The translations under genes and the position numbers were made by a program. Positions 58,392 to 64,000 of a DNA stretch of 64,000 nucleotides are shown one piece after another (position 1 is the first letter of the stretch; each line of letters starts with the position of its first letter). Origin of the DNA: an uncultured Solirubrobacterales bacterium (GTDB lineage: Bacteria; Actinomycetota; Thermoleophilia; Solirubrobacterales; Solirubrobacteraceae); NCBI GenBank assembly GCA_963737055.1, contig CAVTRE010000005.1, positions 124,037-188,036 of the forward strand, written 5' to 3'. The notes under the pieces are model-generated. The model made no database searches. It had not been told where the DNA came from and was given only the letters and a program-made list of their open reading frames with translations.

Positions 58392-59183
58392 TTATCCATT
58401 CGGAGATTGGATGGGGCCAAGCGCGCCCGATTCCCCGGTCGGGCTGGCGGTTGCGGAAGATGCGGCGGGTCGACTCACGGGGTGGCTCGGCGGCGGAGGC
58501 GGAGCGGATCGATAGGTCGGGGCGGTCTCGACATGGCTGGTCTCGGCGTAGGTTCTCGGGCTCGTGGTTGTCGTGTGCGCGGTGTCGATGGAAACCGCCG
58601 GGCTGGAGCGGAGTTGCGGGTGCGCTCGATGAGTCGGCCGGATTGCCGGCGCACGATGTGCGGCGCGCAGGACGGTCTTGCTCCGGACCGTCCGGGACGC
58701 CGCTCGCGCGCTGAGATTGGGAGGCACGCTGGCGGTCAGCTCCGCAAGGCCGAGGTGCAAGAGTCGGGAAACACCGCTTCCGAAGACCGCCGCGACGCCG
58801 ACTTTCGAGCCGCTGGGGGGGCGCTGTGCGCCGCTGGGGCTCAGCACGATGGACACGACTCCGATCAACACCACGAGGGCGACGGCAAGACCGCCGACAG
58901 CGGCTACGCGCGACCGTCGATCGAACCAGCGGCGGGTCTGCGTGCCTGCCGGAGGATCGACGGTGTCGGCTGGCGCTTGGAGCGCATCGTGAATGGAGGC
59001 GGAGCGCTCGCCCCAAAAATCCTCGGCAGTGGGCGGAGGCTCTTCAGCGTCCTCGGACGAGGCTCGTGGTCCGAACGGGACGAGCTCATCGCGGGGGCCG
59101 AGCCAGTCTCGGGGAAGGCGAACCACGTTGGTCCGCGGACGAGCCTCTTGCTCTCCCGACTCGGTATTCCGACCTTCCCTCAC
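58392..59183 (-). CDS. single-pass membrane protein, unknown function
   Basis: 263 aa. Cytoplasmic N-terminus (VVRLPRDWLGP, AEDFWGE), one TM helix, and a Pro/Ser/Thr-rich exterior. The start is uncertain (GTG at 59183 or 59126). Confidence 0.6.
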   Translation of the reverse strand: MREGRNTESGEQEARPRTNVVRLPRDWLGPRDELVPFGPRASSEDAEEPPPTAEDFWGERSASIHDALQAPADTVDPPAGTQTRRWFDRRSRVAAVGGLAVALVVLIGVVSIVLSPSGAQRPPSGSKVGVAAVFGSGVSRLLHLGLAELTASVPPNLSARAASRTVRSKTVLRAAHRAPAIRPTHRAHPQLRSSPAVSIDTAHTTTTSPRTYAETSHVETAPTYRSAPPPPPSHPVSRPAASSATASPTGESGALGPIQSPNG

Positions 59184-59297
59184 CCCGTTGGCGACCTTTT
59201 CCAGCGGTTTCTTACTCGACGGCTGTCATACCGTCCTGAATGCGCGGTATTATAACCCTGATTTAGTTCCAATTGGACTCAATTAGCAAAGTTTCGG

Positions 59298-59600
59298 ATG
59301 AATCTCGGGGAGCCTGAAGAGTCGTTTCTGACCGTCGCTGAGGTGGCGGAGATGCTGAAGCTGAACCAGCAGACGGTTCGGAACTGGATCGACCAGGGGT
59401 CGCTGCCGGCGCTGCGGGTCGGTCGGCGGGTGCGGATCAAGCGCTCCGACTTCGATCGCGTGCTGTCTCGGTCGTATACGGCTGGTGGCGGGGCTGGCGC
59501 GCAGGAGGCCGGGCCGAGCGCGGAGGACTTTTGGGGCGGCGAACCGATCGGCGTCGTGGACACCGGCGTCGCGCCCGACGAAACCGCCGGTGACGAATGA
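59298..59600 (+). CDS. excisionase/MerR-superfamily helix-turn-helix DNA-binding protein
   Basis: LTVAEVAEMLKLNQQTVRNWIDQGSLPALRVGRRVRI is the Xis-type (TIGR01764-like) HTH. Confidence 0.8.
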   Translation: MNLGEPEESFLTVAEVAEMLKLNQQTVRNWIDQGSLPALRVGRRVRIKRSDFDRVLSRSYTAGGGAGAQEAGPSAEDFWGGEPIGVVDTGVAPDETAGDE

Positions 59601-60058
59601 GCTTCAGAGACGACCTCGATCGCCAGCGAGCGCAGATCATGCGGGCGGTGCGGCAGGCAGGCACGGACTGGGCCGAGGCGATGCGGGCGCACAAGCTCGC
59701 GCCGCCCGACGCCGGGTTTGCGGCCAGGTTGCGCTCGCTCTCGGACGCGGCCGAGCGAGAGCAGGTGGCGTGGGAGCATGCGCATGCGGCGGGCTTGCTC
59801 TGGCGACCTATCCCGGGCGCGGAAAATGCGGAGCCGCCTTACGAACTCCGACCGGGAACGGGGCGACGCGGGCCGGCGGAGCTGTGGACGACGTTCGATC
59901 AGACGGTGGCGGCGCTGAACCGAGCGATCACGGGATCGAGCGCCGCCGACGTCGCCGACGCGTTTGGCGAGCTTTCGGACGCGGCCGGGGCGCTTGCGAC
60001 GGCGGTCGCGAGCGACGATGAGGCGCAGCCGCGCCCGGCCACGCGCGACGCCGCGTAG
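59597..60058 (+). CDS. hypothetical helical protein (153 aa)
   Basis: The ATG overlaps the stop of the HTH gene (ATGA). No family recognised. Confidence 0.6.
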   Translation: MSFRDDLDRQRAQIMRAVRQAGTDWAEAMRAHKLAPPDAGFAARLRSLSDAAEREQVAWEHAHAAGLLWRPIPGAENAEPPYELRPGTGRRGPAELWTTFDQTVAALNRAITGSSAADVADAFGELSDAAGALATAVASDDEAQPRPATRDAA

Positions 60059-60105
60059 ACCGGGTCGCAGCGCCGCGTAGACCTATTCACGACGCCGCGT
60101 AGACC
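60049..60105. repeat. three 13-bp direct repeats CGCCGCGTAGACC phased at 22 bp
   Basis: Perfect copies at 60049, 60071 and 60093. The first contains the TAG stop of gene 59597-60058. Confidence 0.85.
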
Positions 60106-60198
60106 AGTTCGCGACGCACGTGGATAAGCCGCTGGCTGGGATGTAGAACGCGACAAGGCCGTCGGCCTCGCCGGCGCTTTGGACGCATAAGCGCATGG

Positions 60199-60400
60199 GA
60201 GGGTGTCGCACAAACCCTGGCGTGCCCGGTTCGTTGTGGCCCCGTCACAGGACGCGGACCGCCAAGGATGAGCCTGGTCGAGAAACCCCGGAATAAGCGC
60301 GATTTCTCGACCACCCTCCGAGAAATAGAGGCCAACCGCCGCGCGGCGACCGAGCCGGTTGTGTGCTCCTCACAAATCCGGAGATTTGTGCGACACCCTC
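60199..60400. repeat. 16-bp perfect inverted repeats (GAGGGTGTCGCACAAA / TTTGTGCGACACCCTC) bracketing 170 bp
   Basis: Read directly. The interior holds a 10-bp stem (GGTCGAGAAA...TTTCTCGACC) and a 7-bp stem (CACAAAT...ATTTGTG). Confidence 0.8.
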
Positions 60401-60635
60401 GGGAGACGCTGATGTGTCGCTAAGGTCGCGGGAACAGGTGGCTTTGGCGCGAAGTGCACCGCGGGCGCGCTCTGGTCCTCGACGCGGCTCGCGACGCGGT
60501 GGCGACACCCGTCGCATAGGCGGGTTGTCAGCACCCCGACCGTCAATCGCCGCTCACACCTGACCAAAACAAAATGTTTACTCGGCCCGAAGGTGGACAC
60601 CGCAGAATGCGGCTGGACACGACAAGGAGAGAGAC

Positions 60636-60941
60636 ATGCCTCAGATCATCGTGACCTCGGATCGAGGGGCTGCTTTCGGCGAAGGCGCCGTGACGTTTCG
60701 TGAGCGCGTGACCTTGGCCGACTTTGAGAGCGACCACTTCGGTAAGCAGCTGGTAGAGCGCCTGGGCTGGGCGGTAGGGGACGCCGACGCGGTGGAGCGC
60801 GTGGACGAACCGACCGAGGCGGCCCATTACAACCCGCGCCAGCCGGCCTACGACCCCGTCGACCCGATCGACGAGATCGACGACCCCGCGGAGCCGACAC
60901 GCGCCGGCGCCGGCCGGATTACGGCTGCATCGCCGGCGTAG
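60636..60941 (+). CDS. hypothetical small acidic protein (101 aa)
   Basis: Strong AAGGAGAG Shine-Dalgarno 5 nt before the ATG. Protein-like N-terminal half. Confidence 0.6.
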   Translation: MPQIIVTSDRGAAFGEGAVTFRERVTLADFESDHFGKQLVERLGWAVGDADAVERVDEPTEAAHYNPRQPAYDPVDPIDEIDDPAEPTRAGAGRITAASPA

Positions 60942-60992
60942 TCAGCGCTCCGACGCCGGCGTAGTCAGCGGTCCGTCGCGAGCGTAGTCACG
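60932..60992. repeat. three direct repeats (GCCGGCGTAGTCAGCG-like) phased at 23 bp
   Basis: GCGTAG cores at 60936, 60959 and 60982. The first contains the TAG stop of gene 60636-60941. The third copy is degenerate. Confidence 0.8.
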
Positions 60993-61783
60993 ACAGCCTC
61001 GTACACCCCGGCCCCGTAGGGCTCGGAGGCGACGCGGACCCCGCGACGCTCGGCCAGCTCGGCGCCAAGATCAGGATCGCGCTCGAGGGCGTTGGCGACG
61101 AGCCAGAAGGCGTCGACGACGAGCGCGGCGTCCATATCCTCGCGCGAGTCGCCGACCGCGATGCAGTCGGCGGCCGTGTAGCCGCGGCCCTGCATGTGGC
61201 GCGCGACCGCGCGGGCCTTCGAGGCGCCGGCCGGGATCAGATGGTAGGCGTGGACGACTGGCAGGGCCTCCATCTGCTCGGAGGCGGCGCGGACCACGCC
61301 GTTGTCTACCAGCCGCAACCAGCCGAACCCATTCTCCTCCAGCACCTCGTGAACGAGGTCCAGGTCGACCGCGCCCCGGAACAGGTGGGAGACCTCACGC
61401 CTGATCGACCACGGGGTGTGGTACTCGAGCCTGCCGGCGAATCGGTCGAGGAGCAGCGCCGGCGCCCCCGACCGCTCGATTTGCTCGAAGATCGTGCCGC
61501 TCGCGTCCGATGGGACGAGGCCGTCGGTCAGCCACTCGAGCTCCCCGTCCATCACCAGGCCGCAGCCGAGCTCGAAGATGTACGAGCTCGACCCGATCAT
61601 CCGGCTGTTCTCGAACACGCTCGACTGCCGGCGCCCCGAGTAGAGAACAACCTCGACGCCGGCGCGCCAGCAGGCCTGAAGCGCGCGCACGCCGTCCAGG
61701 GCGAACTGCCCGTCCGCTCCGTGTAGAAGCGACCCGCCCGGGCCGAGCAGCGTTCCGTCCAGATCGACGTACAGGCAGCGCAT
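60965..61783 (-). CDS. HAD-IIB (Cof-type) phosphatase
   Basis: DLDGTLL motif I directly after ATG 61783 (the longer ORF start at 61822 is less likely). GDSREDMD motif. Confidence 0.8.
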   Translation of the reverse strand: MRCLYVDLDGTLLGPGGSLLHGADGQFALDGVRALQACWRAGVEVVLYSGRRQSSVFENSRMIGSSSYIFELGCGLVMDGELEWLTDGLVPSDASGTIFEQIERSGAPALLLDRFAGRLEYHTPWSIRREVSHLFRGAVDLDLVHEVLEENGFGWLRLVDNGVVRAASEQMEALPVVHAYHLIPAGASKARAVARHMQGRGYTAADCIAVGDSREDMDAALVVDAFWLVANALERDPDLGAELAERRGVRVASEPYGAGVYEAVVTTLATDR

Positions 61784-61830
61784 AGCGGGCGCGACCGTAG
61801 CAGCCGGATCCGCCGCCGCCATACTGGCTG

Positions 61831-64000
61831 GTGGTGGCAGTCGCGCACGAAACCGAGCCTTGGGCGGCCCTGCTTGAGCAGGGCCGCACTGATCAACGTC
61901 TGGTACACGACGACTTTTATGACGCTCGTTCGCCGCGCTTGACGCTCGTCCCCGGCGAGTTGAGCCCGGCGGTCACAGACGCTCTGGGCAAGGCGGGGAT
62001 CCAGGAGCTCTACTCACACCAGAGTCAGGCGCTCTACGACGCGTTCGAGGGCCCGACGATCGTCACCACGGGGACGGCGTCGGGCAAGTCGCTGTGCTTC
62101 CAGCTCCCCACGCTGCAGGTGCTCACGGCCGACCGGACCGCCCGGGCCCTGTACCTATACCCGACCAAGGCGCTCGCGCAGGATCAAGCGCGGTCACTCC
62201 ACGCCTTCGGCCTGCACAAGCAGGTCCGTCCTGCGATCTACGACGGGGACACGCCACGCGGGGAGCGGTCGGCGATCCGGAAGCGCTCGAACCTGATCCT
62301 CACCAACCCGGACATGCTCCACGTCGGGATCCTGCCCAACCATCCGGCGTGGGGCGAGCTGTTCGCGAACCTGGCGTTCGTGGTCATCGACGAAGCGCAC
62401 GTCTACCGCGGGGTGTTCGGCTCCCACGTCGCGAACGTGGTCCGCCGCCTTCGGCGCGTCGCCGCGATCCATGGCAGCGAGCCGCGCTTCCTGCTCGCCA
62501 GCGCGACGATCGCCAACCCCGTGGAGCTCGCCGAACGCTTGACCGGCCTCAGTGGCTTCAACCTCGTCGACCAGGACGGTGCGCCCCGCGCGAGCCGGCG
62601 AGTCGCGATGTGGAATCCGCCGCTGCTCGACGAGGAGCTCGGCATCCGGGGCTCGGCGCTGTACGAAGCGGCCGAGGTTTTCACGGAGCTCGTCTCGAAC
62701 GGCGCCAAGACGATCTGCTTCATGAAGTCGCGCAAGGGGGTCGAGCTCATCCTGCGCCACTCGATCGACCGACTGGAGCCCGAGCTCGCCGATCGCATCG
62801 CTCCCTACCGCGGCGGGTACACGCCGCAGCAGCGGCAGGACATCCAGCGCCGGCTGAGCGCCGGCGAGTTGCTCGGAGTGGTCGCGACCGACGCGCTCGA
62901 GCTCGGGATCGATATCGGACAGCTTGACGCCGCGATCTGCGTCACCTTCCCGGGCACGGTCGCGAGCCTGAGGCAGATGTGGGGTCGGGCCGGCCGCCGG
63001 GGTCGCGGGCTCGCGGTGTACATCGCCGGCGAGGACGCGCTTGATCAGTTCTTCTGCCGCCACCCCGGCGAGTTCCTTGGCCGGGCGGTCGAGGCCGCGA
63101 TCCTCGACCCGCACAGCCCGGAGATCTTCGCCGAGCATCTGCTTTGCGCCGCGCACGAGGCGCCCCTCACCGACGACGACGAAGGGATCCTGGGACCAAG
63201 CTGGCGGGAATACGCCGAGGACCTGACCGAGGCCGGGTTCCTGCGCGAGCGCGCCACCGGGTTCGTCCCGAAACGCGCCGACGATTATCCGGCGGCGCGC
63301 ACGGCGCTTCGCTCGGCATCGGCGGACAGCTTCGCGCTGATCGACGCGAGCTCGGGCGAGCTGTTCGGGACGGTCGAGTTGGCGCGTGCGTACGGGACGG
63401 TCCACGAGGGCGCCGTGTACCTGCACATGGGCCGCTCCTACCACGTCCTCGAGCTCGACCTGGCTGGCCGTCGGGCGCTACTCGAGCCGTTCGACGGCAA
63501 CTACTTCACGCAGGCCAAGCGCGAAATCATGATCTACATCACCCGCACCCACGCCCAGCGGGAGCCGTGCGGGGTGACCCTGTCGTTCGGTGAGATTGTC
63601 TACGCGGAGACGGTGCTCGGCTACCAGCGAAAGGGCCTGCAGGACCACCAGGTGATCGACTTCCAGACGCTTGACCTGCCGACCGTCGAGTTCTCGACGC
63701 GCGCACTCTGGTACGAGCTCGATGAGCTGATCGGCGAGGAGCCGTTCCCGCCCGAGATGCTGCTCGGAGCGCTGCATGCGCTCGAGCACGGTCAGATCGC
63801 GGTGCTGCCGCTGATCGCGATGTGCGATCGGTGGGACATCGGAGGGCTCTCGACGAACGCGCATCCCCAGACGGGGGTGGCGACGATCTTCATCTACGAC
63901 GGCCACCCCGGGGGCGTCGGGATCACGCGCCGCGGCTACGACGAGTTCGAGCGGCTCGTCGGCGACGCGAGCCGGCTGATCGGCGAGTGCCCGTGCCGGT
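61831..64000 (+). CDS. DEAD/DEAH-box helicase with C-terminal DUF1998 (SftH/MrfA/YprA-type), 3' end outside window
   Basis: It is not in the ORF track because frame 1 has no stop before the window end. I translated segments by hand: TGTASGKS (motif I), VIDEAH (motif II), and DUF1998 with ...GECPCR at the edge. The first in-frame start after the stop at 61798-61800 is GTG 61831. Confidence 0.85.
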   Translation, partial: MVAVAHETEPWAALLEQGRTDQRLVHDDFYDARSPRLTLVPGELSPAVTDALGKAGIQELYSHQSQALYDAFEGPTIVTTGTASGKSLCFQLPTLQVLTADRTARALYLYPTKALAQDQARSLHAFGLHKQVRPAIYDGDTPRGERSAIRKRSNLILTNPDMLHVGILPNHPAWGELFANLAFVVIDEAHVYRGVFGSHVANVVRRLRRVAAIHGSEPRFLLASATIANPVELAERLTGLSGFNLVDQDGAPRASRRVAMWNPPLLDEELGIRGSALYEAAEVFTELVSNGAKTICFMKSRKGVELILRHSIDRLEPELADRIAPYRGGYTPQQRQDIQRRLSAGELLGVVATDALELGIDIGQLDAAICVTFPGTVASLRQMWGRAGRRGRGLAVYIAGEDALDQFFCRHPGEFLGRAVEAAILDPHSPEIFAEHLLCAAHEAPLTDDDEGILGPSWREYAEDLTEAGFLRERATGFVPKRADDYPAARTALRSASADSFALIDASSGELFGTVELARAYGTVHEGAVYLHMGRSYHVLELDLAGRRALLEPFDGNYFTQAKREIMIYITRTHAQREPCGVTLSFGEIVYAETVLGYQRKGLQDHQVIDFQTLDLPTVEFSTRALWYELDELIGEEPFPPEMLLGALHALEHGQIAVLPLIAMCDRWDIGGLSTNAHPQTGVATIFIYDGHPGGVGITRRGYDEFERLVGDASRLIGECPCR

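Noticed and set aside
59298-60992. Plasmid or AICE replication origin (iterons plus an AT-richer patch) with Xis
   Set aside because: No rep, int or tra genes are present in the window, so regulatory binding sites are the more economical reading. It is kept as a finding, not called as a mobile element.
62194-63444. 416-aa minus-strand ORF and 277-aa plus-strand ORF (62094-62927)
   Set aside because: Both are shadow frames of the unlisted open-ended helicase gene in frame 1, which carries the TGTASGKS and DEAH motifs.
61831-64000. DISARM-like defence (helicase + DUF1998)
   Set aside because: Here the helicase and DUF1998 are fused in one polypeptide of the SftH/MrfA housekeeping type. No methyltransferase or PLD neighbour is visible, though the downstream genes lie outside the window.

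Overview
High-GC, gene-dense chromosomal window that looks actinobacterial. A Thermoleophilia or Conexibacter-like origin is only a guess from composition and gene content. I call about 70 protein genes, one tRNA-Asp(GTC), and no rRNA, CRISPR array, transposase or integrase.

The centrepiece is a long minus-strand operon for a form-I aerobic CO dehydrogenase, running from 23232 down to 13818. The large subunit CoxL carries the diagnostic VAYRCSFR motif. Its order is coxM-coxS-coxL, then xdhC/coxF-like, coxD (MoxR-type ATPase) and coxE (VWA domain). Most of its junctions are ATGA or GTGA start/stop overlaps. mocA and a membrane GGDEF-EAL protein lie just upstream, and coxG lies nearby.

Three parts of this operon fit no family I can name:
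- Five translationally coupled single-pass membrane proteins sit directly upstream of coxM.
- The XdhC-like maturation factor is fused to a YHS/TRASH metal-binding domain.
- A Cys-rich 63-aa ORF plus an orphan 152-aa CoxL-like fragment are coupled to the end of coxE.

Other content:
- A stress-type cluster (DUF892).
- An fdhD-containing operon with no formate dehydrogenase.
- Proline dehydrogenase and a DUF1152 gene.
- GH6 cellulase-like and other secreted proteins.
- psuG/psuK, an ECF sigma factor with a C-terminal extension, and a sugar ABC operon.
- A comF-like/dprA-like pair and tatA.
- A lower-GC accessory patch (about 57400-60640) with a Tat-signal giant surface protein, an excisionase-type HTH gene, phased direct repeats and a 16-bp inverted-repeat element.
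- A 3'-truncated SftH/MrfA-type helicase gene that is missing from the supplied ORF track.

A recurring oddity is tandem x3 repeats (15-30 bp units) at or just after the 3' ends of five unrelated genes.

All functional calls come from motif and family recognition by eye. No searches were run.
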